The notes beneath the pieces are model-generated. The model was not told where the DNA came from. It worked only from the letters and a program-made list of their open reading frames with translations, and ran no database searches. This document shows positions 13,501 through 25,149 of a stretch of DNA of 64,000 bases, piece by piece. Where the stretch lies: positions 5,146,714 through 5,210,713 of the forward strand of contig MU053379.1 of assembly GCA_013239625.1 (NCBI GenBank), read 5' to 3'. Source of the stretch: Lama guanicoe (Eukaryota). A program made the translations under genes and the position numbers. The first letter of the stretch is position 1, and each line of letters begins with the position of its first letter.

Positions 13501-13907
13501 ACTTTACACTTTAGACTCAATTGCGGAATGTACTTTTGGCATACGGTGGGAAGGAGGGCTCTGAGTTTATATATTCCTAGTTATCCGATAGTTTCTATCC
13601 ATCTAAAACGCCACCTTGAACAGACGTTAAAATTTTATTTACCAGGCTTAAGATGGTAGATTTAACTGTTTCCTCCAAAACCCCCCGAAAAATGAGTTTT
13701 TTTTTTTAGCATAAAATCCTAGAGTCAAAGAATGAGAGAAGAGACCAAAATTTTGGAAGCTGGGAACTTCTAAATTTAGTTGGCACCCCCAGGAAGTCCT
13801 AAGCCAGGATGCAAAGAGATAGGGCATGTGACAGGTGGTTCCTGTGCCTGTGGAAGGGGCTCAGGCTGAGACCCAAATCAGGAGGGCAATATTAAAAACC
13901 CCTCTGG

Positions 13908-15229
13908 TGGGAAAACTGGACAGCTACCTGTAAAAGACTGAAATTAGAACATTCTCTAACACCATATACAAAATAAACTCAAAATGGATTGAAGACTTAA
14001 ATGTAAGACCAGATACTATAAAACCCCTAGAGGAAAACATAGGCAAAACACTCTCAGACATAAATCGCAGCAATATATTTTTTGAACCAGCTCCTGGAGT
14101 AACGAAAATAAAAGGAAAAATAAACAAATGGGATCTAATTAACCTTAAAAGCTTTTGCACAGCTAAGGGTACCATCAACAAAATGAAAAGACAACTTACA
14201 GAATGGGAGAAAATATTTGCAAATGATGCGACTGACAAGGGACTAATTTCAAAAATATACAAACTGCTCATACAGCTTAATATCAAAAAAGCAAGCAACA
14301 CAATCCAAAAACGGGCAGAAGACCTAAACAAGCAATTCTCCAATGAAGACATACAAATGGCCAAAAGGCACATGAAAAAATGCTCAGCATGGCTAATTGT
14401 CAGAGAAATGCAGATCAAAACTACAATGAGATATCACCTCACGCCAGCCAGAATGGCCATCATTGAGAAGTCTACCCTGGAGAGAGTATGGAGAGCAGGG
14501 AACCCTCCTACACTGTTGGCGGAGTATAGATTGGTGCAGCCACTATGGAGGACAGTATGGAGGTTCCTTAAAAAACTGAAAATAGACCGACCTACCATGA
14601 TATCCAGCTATCCCACTCCTGGGCATATATCTGGAGAAAAATAAAATTCAAAAAGACACCCCAATGTTCACAGCAGTACTATTTACAACAGCCAAGACAT
14701 GGAAACAACCCAAATGTCCATCAGCAGATAACTGGATAAAGAAGATGTGGTATATTTATACAATGGAATACTACTCAGCCATAAAAAATTTAATGCCATT
14801 TGTAGCAACATGGAAGGAACTGAAGATCATCATTCTAAGTAAAGTGGGCCGGAAACAGAAAGAAAGATGCCATACGACATCACTTATTACGTGGAATCTA
14901 AAAGAAAAAAAAAAAGGACACAAATGAACTACTTATTGTTCATAACTAAGATGACTGATTTCTTGAATATGTGTGAGCACACTTGACTGTCCTTTATTAT
15001 GGGATTACTGCATTCTGTTGATTCTTATTTTGTGGTTGGCTTTATTCCTTTGGTAACTATGTAAGTTTAAAAAGGTAAAGCTCTAAACTGTTTTTAGAAA
15101 CAATGATCAGCACATATATGTAAACTAAAAAAAAAGTGCAGTATATTGTATATATGTATTTACATGCAATATATTGTATATTGCAGCCAAACTGTAACAA
15201 TTCTACCTAATAAAACTGAAAAATGAAAA
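13908..15229 (+). mobile_element. 5'-truncated LINE-1 (ORF2 C-terminal part, disrupted) with atypical 3' tail
   Basis: ORFs 14183..14644 ([27 protein letters not shown]...[11 protein letters not shown]) and 14664..14927 (MFTAVLFTTAKTWKQPKCPS...WIKKMWYIYTMEYYSAIK) are L1 ORF2p C-terminus; TSD aaaaacccctctgg (13894-13907) and aaaaagccctctgg (15230-15243). Confidence 0.92.
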
Positions 15230-18200
15230 AAAAAGCCCTCTGGACTCCTTCCTCACTGATGGGACCACTGCTCTCCCTGTCAAAAGACTCAAGTTTTATT
15301 CCTGTAAAGTGTAAACACAAGCTTTGATACTCTAGAAACAGAAGAAATACATGAAAGTTTTTAAAAAGAGTGCTGAGAACCCCAGTCTTCTTCCTCTGCT
15401 CCCAGAGAGCTGGAAGTTGGAGATGGGCCATGGTGAGCTCAGGAGCAAAAAATACAAGGTCGCCTCCCCGCTCTGACAATCCTTTGCTGAACATCTAGTC
15501 CCTGGTCTGCAGCTTTGTATTTTGCAAAAGAGCAGTGGAAGACCTGCATCCCCAGGACCCACTCACAGCCCTGCACTCTGACTTCCCTAAAGAGAGACTG
15601 AGGTGGAACTGCATTAAATCTGTTTGGGAAAGAAACACTACCTTCTCAATATTATGGATTCTCATCTAAAAATGTATCTTTCCACTTAAACAAATATTAT
15701 TTTATGGTCTCAGTAAAGCTTAATAACTTTCTTCATAAAGACTATATATTTCCTATGTGTATTCTTAGATATTGTATAGTTTTTGTTGCTACTATGAAAC
15801 AGTTTATCCTTTACATTTTTCTAGTTGGTTAGCTACTGGTATAAAAGGAGGCTATATATTTATTTTGCATTTGAAAATCTTACTGAGATCCATTAGTTCT
15901 GAGAAATTTTTGGTTGATTTTTATTGGAGTCTTCTAGTTAAAACATCATTATCTGCAAGCAAGCAATGACAATTTCTACTCCTTAGAGGTTTATCTTTTA
16001 ACTTTTTCTTAACTTCCCACAATATCTAGCATATTCAGAATAATATTTTACAGCAGAGGTGAGAGCAGATGAAAAACCTTGCTTCTTCACTTGAATTTAC
16101 ATTAATTTAACAAATACTTTTCAAGCATCTACTACGTGCCAGGCAGTAAATAAAATGATTAACATTTCACTTTTCCATATAATGTTGGCTGATGAACTAT
16201 CTTGTCATCTTGTCTTTGATCAAGATTTAATTTTAAGTGTAACAGATGGTAGACTTGCCAATGAAATGTAGAACATGAAGGTACAAAAAGGAGCTTTAGA
16301 AAAAAAAACAACTGTAAGCATCCGCATTTCCACTCACTTGAGAATCTCTAAGCCTAAGGTTTCTCGTGCTGAGATGGAGTAGAAAGGCCTCCTGCTGGAC
16401 CACACCAGCAGAGAGCAGGGCACCAAAGGCCCCAGGACCACACCATGCTGCCCTCTGGGTCAAGGCCATCCTGGGACTCCACTGAAATAGCTCTTGAAAT
16501 CACTCTCCTTCTGCTTTCATTTGAATGAAACAAAGCCTCACGATGAGGCAACATTGAAGGAATTTATCTTCAGATACAAAGGGCACTATTTTGTGACACT
16601 TTCTGTTATCCAAAAATGTAGCACCAAGATGACATGCAGAAATACAAACTGAACAATGAAGCTCCACCTTCACCTGTATTACTGGCAAAGAATAAGAACA
16701 CCGACAATACCAAAACAGTAAGTATAGGCAAACACCTGCCCCACTGCCAGAGGGACCTCCTCTCTGGCCAAGCAGCTCCACTCTGGAGGGCTGCCCACAG
16801 GACTTGATCATCCCGGCACACCAGGAAGGCTGTGCACAGGTGTCCTCTGCGCAGCACGGTCTGAGAGAGGAAGATGGAATACATTCGCAGTATTCACCAG
16901 GGGTTACTTTCTCATAGCTTTATGTCCTCCCGGTAACAGATAAATATAGAAAACCTGCAAGCTACAAAAAGGTATTGATAGGAGAATGAAAATAACCTCA
17001 AATCACGTGATTCTACAGGAGCCACCGTTAATACACTAGACTAGTAGAACGTCCTTGTAAACTTGATTCCATATTAACTAGATCTTATAAAGGCAGATCT
17101 GTGGTGGAGATGCTGGTAAGCCACCAGAAGTCCGTAAGCGCCCTTCCCTAGTGCAGAGCTGGCGATGTGAAGCGCCTCCCCGGCTACATCTCCAACCCAC
17201 CTGAAGGCGCACGTGAGGCCTCGGGAGCAGACTGCCAGAATAGTGTGACTCATGTGCACGTGGCTGTCAGTACTGGTTTGGTAAAGTAGCCAGTATCATC
17301 CTGGCATGCTCATTTTCCTTTTTAGCTTACCAACAAATTTTTTAAAGGTCACATGTTATATATTTCAAAAGGTAAAACAAAGTGGCCCGACTGACAACTC
17401 CATGCACTCCGCGCCCATTTTCATTAGCTACTTACTTATCCTTCCAGTGTTTCCTTATGCAAACACACATACATGTTCTCATTCCTTGTTTTTCTCACAC
17501 TACACAATGCAAACTGCTTCACATGTCGATTTTTCTCTCTCAACAATATGCCTAAGCAGTCGCTGCCTATCAACTCGCAGCTGCAGTGCAGCCCCACAGC
17601 ACTTCACTGGGCTGATACATCGCAGGGTGTTACACCAGCCTCCAGTCACTGGACACTCAGGCTGTTTCCAGCAGTCAGCGCCACCAAGAGTCATCCTGTA
17701 CACGTGTAATTTTTTATGCGTAAATGCACATGGGACAGTCCTAGAATGGAAACTGCTGGAACAAAGAGTAAATGCAACTAGGATTAAGAAATTACTCTCT
17801 CAAATCCCTGCTTCCCTCAAAGCCTCACTAGCAAAGTAGTTGTCCAAGAGGCACGTCTGCCAATCTGACAGCTGAAAACTTTGATTTCATTTCTCTAATT
17901 ATGAATAAGTATGGTTGCACAACCTTTCGCATAATGAGGATATGGTATTTCTTTTTCTATTAATTACGCATGTCCTTTGCACATTTTTCACTGGGTTTTG
18001 ATTTTTTTTTTAATTCCTAGAAGCTCTTTATTTATTAGAGTAATTTAGCTTCTCATCTATATGAGCTGCAAATATCTTTTCTTGTCATTAGTCATGTCAT
18101 GCAGGTATTTTTTATATTCATATTTCTGGAATTTCCGTCCTGTCTCATTGGCATGTTACTCAACTCACCGCTGTCTTGCTGAACCTGAATACAGCAGCAC

Positions 18201-19479
18201 GGACCAGTGTCTACTCGTGCTCCCTCCCCACAGGGCACCTGCAACTCCTGTATCTTGTTCTTTCACTGAAATTCAGAATCAGCTTGTGTAGAACCCAAGA
18301 GAACCAGGTTAGCATTTTTACTTGGAATCTTATTAAGCGAATAATCGAACGTAGGGAGATTAGGCAGTTTATGATGTGAGCTTTTCTAGTCAAGAACACA
18401 CATGTCCTTACATTTGTTCAGGTGAACTTCTGTGTCCTCTGAGAATGTTTAAGCTTTCTTCTTAGAGAGCTAGTGTCTTTCCTTCTAAGGCATTATTCCT
18501 CATAGGCATTTTTCGTTATTTGATTTTTTTTTATTGATTTTGTTTGTGATTTTATCTCACAACTAATTGTTGTTGTTTGTATGCATGAAATCTATGATCC
18601 CAGCACACTAACCTCCTGTCTTCCACACAGGGGACCATGCACCCACACAACAAAGTGCCATGCAGTTGTCAGTCACAAGGAACATGCGTCTGCGCAGTGA
18701 TGTTGGGGGAGAAATTTCATGTCAGTGGAGGTGAGGGCAGAGAATTTACCACATAAGCTTCAGTATTTTTTAAAATTTTAAATATATTTCTTGTATATAA
18801 TAAAAAAGATTTCAAAAATCGGGTGGTTGTACTAGCATGAACAGGCTATACCACGATGCAGGAACAAACCACCACCAGAGGCATCCGCATGAAAAACAAC
18901 AGTTTACTTCTTGCTCTGGCTGTGTCCAGCCCTGGTCAGCAGGGGCTTCTGCTAATCCTAGTAGCTCAGGAACCTGTCAGGAAGCGCCACTGCCTCGTGA
19001 CGTCACCATCTCCCCAGATGGCGTTAGGAAAGAAGGCACGGAGAACCACAAACCTGCTATGAAATGTTTCTACCTAGAGAGTAATGACACTTCTTTCACA
19101 ACAGGAGACCGTGTCTCACTTCAAGGGGGCGAGGCCCGGAACCAGGAAGTCGGTGAGCAGTAGTGATGTGCCCACAGGGTGAAACAGCTACACGTGAGGG
19201 CGCAGCGCTTACAAGGTGGACAAAGCAAGCCACTTCACAACTTCACACTGCAGAAATGCCCTCTTTAAAGGAGCACTAGGTAAATTCTTTAACAAAGGAC
19301 TACTTTTAGATGCAAGTGAACCTGCCACCACCCCCCCTTTAATTTTCCTACCTGAGAAGCCTGAGCTTCTGGGTTCTTCGTTTTATTAAAGGAGCACACA
19401 CTGGCACCGCGGAACTCCCCCCCCCTTAACCTGACTACCACTGCCGAGGACGTGCTCACCTCCATGTCTGCAGGTACGG

Positions 19480-19507
19480 TTAGCTTAGGGTTAGGTTTGG
19501 GTTAGGT
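19480..19507 (+). repeat. Short degenerate TTAGGG-like tract
   Basis: ttagc-ttaggg-ttaggt-ttggg-ttaggt. Confidence 0.5.
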
Positions 19508-20072
19508 GAGACAGGACAGACAGCAAAACACCAATATCATGTGATTTCTCTTATAAGTGGAATCTAAAAAGCAGAACAAATGTAACAAAGCAGAAATAGA
19601 CCGATAGATACAAAGAACAAATAGGGGGTCACCAGAGGGGAAGCCGGTGGGGGATGAGTGAAGGGGAGGGAGATTAAGAAGTACAACTTCCAGTTACAAA
19701 ATAAATGTCACAGGGATGAAACGTGGGGTCACCAGAGGGGAAGCCAGTGGGGGATGAGTGAAGGGGAGGGAGATTAAGAAGTACAACTTCCAGTTACAAA
19801 ATAAATGTCACAGGGATGAAACGTGGGGTCACCAGAGGGGAAGCCAGTGGGGGATGAGTGAAGGGGAGGGAGATTAAGAAGTACAACTTCCAGTTACAAA
19901 ATAAATGTCACAGGGATGAAACGTACAATACAGGGATTCGGTGGATAATACTATAGTAACTTTGTAGGGTGACAGATGGTAGACTTACTGTGGTGACTAC
20001 TTTGTCATATACAAAAATGCTGAATCACTATGTTGCACACCTAAAACTGACACAGTAAGTCAATTATACTTC
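19506..20072 (+). mobile_element. L1 3' end fragment (L1MA-like) with internal triplication
   Basis: 'tatcatgtgatttctcttataagtggaatctaaaaa...tgaatcactatgttgcacacctaaaact...gtcaattatacttca' is typical of L1 3'UTRs. Confidence 0.8.
19625..19924. repeat. Tandem repeat, 3 x 100 bp
   Basis: Units 19625-19724, 19725-19824 and 19825-19924; 'accagagggg' at 19631, 19731 and 19831; unit 1 differs by one base (aagccGgt vs aagccAgt). Confidence 0.97.
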
Positions 20073-20290
20073 ATTTACTTCATTTTTCAAGGTAGGGAGG
20101 GAGGAAGAATTCTAGGTGGGCAGTGGTGGGGTTTTATTGTGGGTTTTTTTTTTTCCAGTGCTCTAAAGACATTGCTCCATGACCTTCTTTGTTACTATTT
20201 TTTTCCTGACAAGAAATCTGCTGTCACCTGCATATCTGCTCATTTGTACATGTCTTTTTCCCTCTGGCTGCTTTTAAGATTCTTCTTTTT

Positions 20291-20680
20291 CAGCAGATAA
20301 CCCTGTGCCCAGCAAAATGGAGCTTGAGGCCATGAGCAGATACCGCAGCCCAGTGAACCCGGCTGTCTTTCCCCATCTGACCATGGTGCTGTTGGCCACT
20401 GGAACACTCTTAGCCACCTGACTCTTTGTGCACGAGGTCACCCCCACAGAGTGCACTAGGGCTGTCCAGAAGGAGCTCCTCATCTCTCTTGGTGGTCTCA
20501 CTCTCCCTGGGCTTTGGGGTCCTCGTCCTGCTGCTCTAGGTCGGCATCTACGTACGAGCTCCCAAGGGTTCCAGCCAGGTGGCTTCACTGAATCCCTGCT
20601 TTTATAAATTAATTTTTTTACTATTGCTGAAAATATCCCACCTGCTGCTCACAATAAAGGCAGATGTGTGACAAAAAAAA
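20291..20680 (+). pseudogene. TMEM258: Processed pseudogene of TMEM258 (oligosaccharyltransferase subunit)
   Basis: ATG 20317 reads [56 protein letters not shown], then after a +1 insertion LVVSLSLGFGVLVLLL*VGIYV; no introns; premature TGA at 20419-20421; stop homolog CGA at 20555-20557; AATAAA at 20653-20658; A8 at 20673-20680; imperfect TSD 20276-20290 and 20679-20693. Confidence 0.95.
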
Positions 20681-21241
20681 TATTTTTCTTTTTATTACTG
20701 GTTTTGAGCAATCTGATTATGATGCACCTTGGTATAGTTTTCTTACTGTTTTTTTGTGTGGGTGGGTGATTCACTGAGCTTTTTAGACAGTGAGTTTGTA
20801 GTTGCCACCGAGCTTGGAAAATTTCTGGCCTTTATTCCTTCATCTACTTTTTCTCTCTCTCCTGCTTCTGTGGGGACTCAAATTACCCACACATTAAGTT
20901 GCCTGATTTTTCCACAGCTCAGTGCTGCTTCTGAACATTGTTCTGATTCTCTTTCTGTGTCTCATGTTGGGTAACTGAGTCTTTCTTTCTGCAGTGTCTA
21001 GTCTGCCATTACCGCCCTTCTGTGTGTCTTCCACCTCACATACCTGCAATTCTCATCTTTAAAAATTTGACTTGGGTAATTCTCCTATCTTCCATGACTC
21101 TACTTAACTTTTTGAACATATGGAATATGGTTGTAGTAACTTTTAATGCCCTTTGCTAGCTCAAACATGTGTCAATTTTGGTTGGTTTCCATTAATTGAT
21201 TATTCTAAGTCATACATTTCTGTCTCTTTGCATGTCTGTGG

Positions 21242-21639
21242 GTTATGTACTGAATTCTGCCCCACAACCCCAATTCAGGTGTTTACATCCTAACTCCCAG
21301 TGCTTCAGAACATGACTATTTTTGGAGACAGAGTCTTTAAAGAGGTTAAGTTAAGTTAAAATGTGGTCATTTGGGTGGGCTGTAATCCGCTAAGAGTGGT
21401 GTCCTTAGGAGAAGAAACGGACAGATCATGCAGAGGGAAGACATGCAAGACACAAGGAGAAGACGGTCACCTCCACGTCGAGGAGAGAGACCCGTGAAGA
21501 AACCAGTGCTGCCAACACACCGACCTCAGACTTGTAGCACCCAGAATCGTGACAAAGTTGTGACAATCGTGACAAACACGTCTTGTTTCAGCTGCCCAAT
21601 CCGTCGTGCTCTGCTATGGCCACCCAGGAAATGAAAACA
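21242..21639 (+). mobile_element. ERVL-MaLR solo LTR (MLT1A/B-like)
   Basis: 'atcctaactcccagtgcttcagaacatgactatttttggagacagagtctttaaagagg...gggtgggctgtaatcc...ggtgtcctt...ctcagacttgtagc...ctatggccaccc' resembles MLT1. Confidence 0.85.
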
Positions 21640-22929
21640 TCTGGCCACCTCCGATCAGATGTCAGATACTGTGAAGTTTACTTCGCTGGCTGCTGGGTGT
21701 TTTTTATATTCCTAAAAATCTAATTGACTCCTGTTTCAGGATGCAGTTAAGTTACTGGGGAACAGTTTGCTTTTTCTGGGTTTTGCTTTTATGATTTGTT
21801 AGGTGGGTCCAGAGCAGTACTCAGTCTAAGGCTAATTATTTCCCATCACTGAAGCTTGACATTCCTGAGTGTCCTGCCCACTGTCCTGTGGTTATGGGTC
21901 TTGTCAGAGGGAACTGGAGCTGTTTCACCGGAACCTTTCGAGAAGTTCTCTCCTCGGCCTCAGGTAGCTTCCTCACTTGCACGTGTGAGCGGCGCTCTGC
22001 TGGACACACAAGGTGGTCCCCCAAGATATCTCCAGAGTTCCCTCTGTGCTGCTGCCTCCCCCTTGCCCTCTGTCTAAAACCACAGGCGTGCCGGTGTCCC
22101 CAGGCCCTGAGCACCTTGCCCACAACTCGGGGGTCCGCCAGGCTCCACATCAGTGCCCCCTCCCTGTGCCACAGCAGAAAGCTGGGGCTGCTGCAGGGCT
22201 CGCCTCATTTGTCTGTCACCTCTCAGGGATCACTCTCTCTCACTGCAGTGGCCAGTGTTTTGAAAGCTTTTGTTTCGTGCATTTTGTCTGACTTTTGTTG
22301 TTGTTGTGTCGGTTACTTCGGGGTAAATTCAGTCCCTGTTACTCCATCTTGGCCAGAACTGGAAGTTCTGTATTTCTATTAAAAAGTGTCTATATTTGGT
22401 TTTCACAAATTCCTTCATTACTGTAACCATCAAAACTATTAAGGAAGAGTGTTTGGCTTTATTTCACAATATCAATAGATACATTCCAAATATATCTCCT
22501 TTTACGATGTATTCCATTATGCCAGATATACATACATATTCCATTATATTAACTGACTATATTCTCTCAGAAGGAACAAAAGAGTAAAGCCAAGATTCAC
22601 TCCCCAAAACTAATAGCTGGACTAAATTCTTCTTAGTTCGTAAGTGGAAACCTTAAGAACAATCTTCAAAATCTTGTTCAAACACAGTCCTGGGAGTAAT
22701 TTCACTAAACAGAATTGAAAGCTCTAAGGCTTTACTAAAATACACAGGAGCAATCCATAAATGCTTTTGTTCCCAGAGAAGAAAACAGAAAGTCATGAGG
22801 GTGTTGGCAGAGCTGAACAGCTGGGTGTCCTGCTGTGAAAAGGCCTTATTCTCCTGACAGTGACAAGAATGTTTAATCACTATAGTACAGCTTGTTTTCA
22901 AGTGCTTTATACACAAATGCATTACCTAC

Positions 22930-23300
22930 TGTTAAAAAACAAAGTTCAACTGAGCAAATCTTAAAGATCTTATTGGCTTTACTCAGCAATTCATGAATCA
23001 GGCGGCATCCCATGAAGCAGCCAGACAGGAGCCACAAGGAGCTGTAGAAAGTGAAAGACTTCCAGAGGCAGAAGGGAGTAGGAATAAGGAGGTTTTGTGA
23101 GACAAAAAAAAATCCAACAGGTTCTTTACCGCAAGGGCACTTTCCCTCGGGAAATGGCAGAGGTCCTTCAGGCAGATGACCTCATTAGCGCTGATCAGGA
23201 GAGCAGGCAACCACTGCCTGACTGATAAGATTCCATTTCTAGGAGCTGAGACTGCAATAAAGTTAGGTCTCAGTTTGGTGACCCCATTTTGGGTCTGCTG
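22930..23300 (-). mobile_element. Probable ERV1 solo LTR
   Basis: Begins 'tgttaaaaaacaaagttcaactgag...aagatcttattggcttta...ttcatgaatcaggcggcatccc', resembling an LTR U5 read in antisense; family not identified. Confidence 0.45.
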
Positions 23301-25149
23301 TCTTTTTTTTAAAAACGTCCTTGCTTTATTTTTCTTTGTCTTTCTTGCGGTCTTTCTCCTTCATGCAAATATGAGCTCCACAAAGGGTGAGGCCTGTCTG
23401 ACTCTTGTGTAATGTTCTAACCACATCTTCCAGCACACAGTAGGTCTTCAACAAGTGTTTGTTAGATGAATAAAAGAACAACACGCAAGCAATATTCTTA
23501 ATATATGCCACACTATTAAAAGTTATTACTCAGGGGATAATTCCACTTTCTCAATTATACTCTGTTTTATATTTGTATTAAGAAATTTTTATGACTTTTA
23601 TAATCAGAAAAAAACAAAATGAGAGAGGAACAGAGGGAAAGACACAGGGTCCCTTGGGGGCTACCTTTCACCATGGCGACTGCCATCCCTTGTGGTGGCC
23701 TCAGACCTGGAGCTCCCTGCCTTGGTCCCTGTAGGGTCTCCCTCTTGCTGTCTCTTGAGGTCCTGCGGCTACACTGGCAGGCTCCCAGCCGGCCTACTCT
23801 GCTGTAACAGTCCTTTCCTCCTGGAACCCTAAGCCAAACACCAAATGTCCTGGAACGGCAGTCTTCTTATTTTCCTTCCCATAGGTTCTGCCATGACATG
23901 CCCTGTCGAAGGGTCCCGTGTCCCCAGATTGTGAGAATTTCTTTTCTTTTACCTACAGATAGCTTGGTATACCAGAAATGTGCTGACAGGATGAGTTACC
24001 AAAAAATGTCAGAGCAACAAAGGCCGAATGTGAGACCAGACTAACCATCTCCAGCCGTCCCTGCACTCTGTCTCTACTAGACATCATTAAAATGTCTGAG
24101 CATAAGAGCTGACGGCTGCCACACATAAAAACTGAGAGACAGCAAACTCTCTGTGGACGGGTGCTGCCTTCTTTCATCTTTACACTCCCAGTGCCTAGCA
24201 AGGCATCAAACAAACCACAGGAGCACGGTAACTGTTTGTGGAATAAAATAACCTATGAGCCCCAACACTGACCTGACTGACCACTTTCAGGTGGGAACAA
24301 CACGACGGTCCAAGCCCAGGAATGGCACTAGTCAAGCATGAACGCAGAAGGGTTCGTACACGTTGTTAGAAGAAAACAGCTGAAAGTTAAAAGCTGTAAG
24401 TCTCTTCCAGGGCACTAAACTGCAGCATCAAAATGACCTGCTTCAACTGCAGCATTCTTCCCTTCCTCATGAACCATTCAGTCAACATACCCAAGCCTTG
24501 TGTGGAGATCCCACAAGTCTGAGGAGAACTGAAAACAATTTCAACTTTCTTTTCTTTACCCTACAGCTCAGGATAATTTTCAAGCTTCAAAAACAAACCC
24601 TAAATCCCACCCTTCCTCAGATGGGCTTGTATTCCTTCCCTGGCCGTCCTCTGCCTTCATCTCCACAAAACAAAGAGACTGAACCTTCCGAACCTCTTCA
24701 CACTGACACTCATCTACCTCCTCTCCGGCAGCTGCTCAGGGCATTTCCACACCTGGTAAACAGAGTACACATGACCCAGATAGTTAACTTCCGTAAGCAC
24801 CATTTCAAGACAAACTCTGCTTCGAGACTTAGCTATCTGTGCAGTAGCACAGCCTGAGAGGCAGGAATCCGCCTGCTTCCTACGTAGTCACCCCTCGGTG
24901 TCACCCCACCGTCACCTCAAACCCAGCCCCAGGAGCCTCCTGGCTAGGATGTGTGCAGGCCCTCACGGAGCCACCACCCTCAGGCCCCCGAACTTGGCAG
25001 CACTCGGCTGTGCAGAACACACATAGCTTCTCAGACACACAGCAAATCAAGAACCTCCAATGCCCTCGCCCTGCAATCTAACCACCTCCCTGCAACTTCA
25101 CAGCACCCTTGGCCTTCCTTCCTGTCTGGGAACCCTGGCCTTGCCTTGG

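Larger units (their letters stand above)
20160..22340 (-). mobile_element. Ancient L1 (L1MC-like 5'/ORF1 region, antisense), interrupted by the TMEM258 retrocopy and an MLT1 LTR
   Basis: 'ctctggctgcttttaagatt' continues after the insertion as 'tactggttttgagcaatctgattatgatgcaccttggtatagttttc'; later 'caggatgcagttaagttactggggaacagtttg' and 'cctgttactccatcttggccagaactggaag'. Confidence 0.6.

Noticed and set aside
13924..14418. 164-aa hydrophobic minus-strand ORF
   Set aside because: Antisense reading of L1 ORF2, a common spurious ORF
19625..19924. CRISPR-like array
   Set aside because: Head-to-tail repeats with no unique spacers, L1-derived, mammalian context
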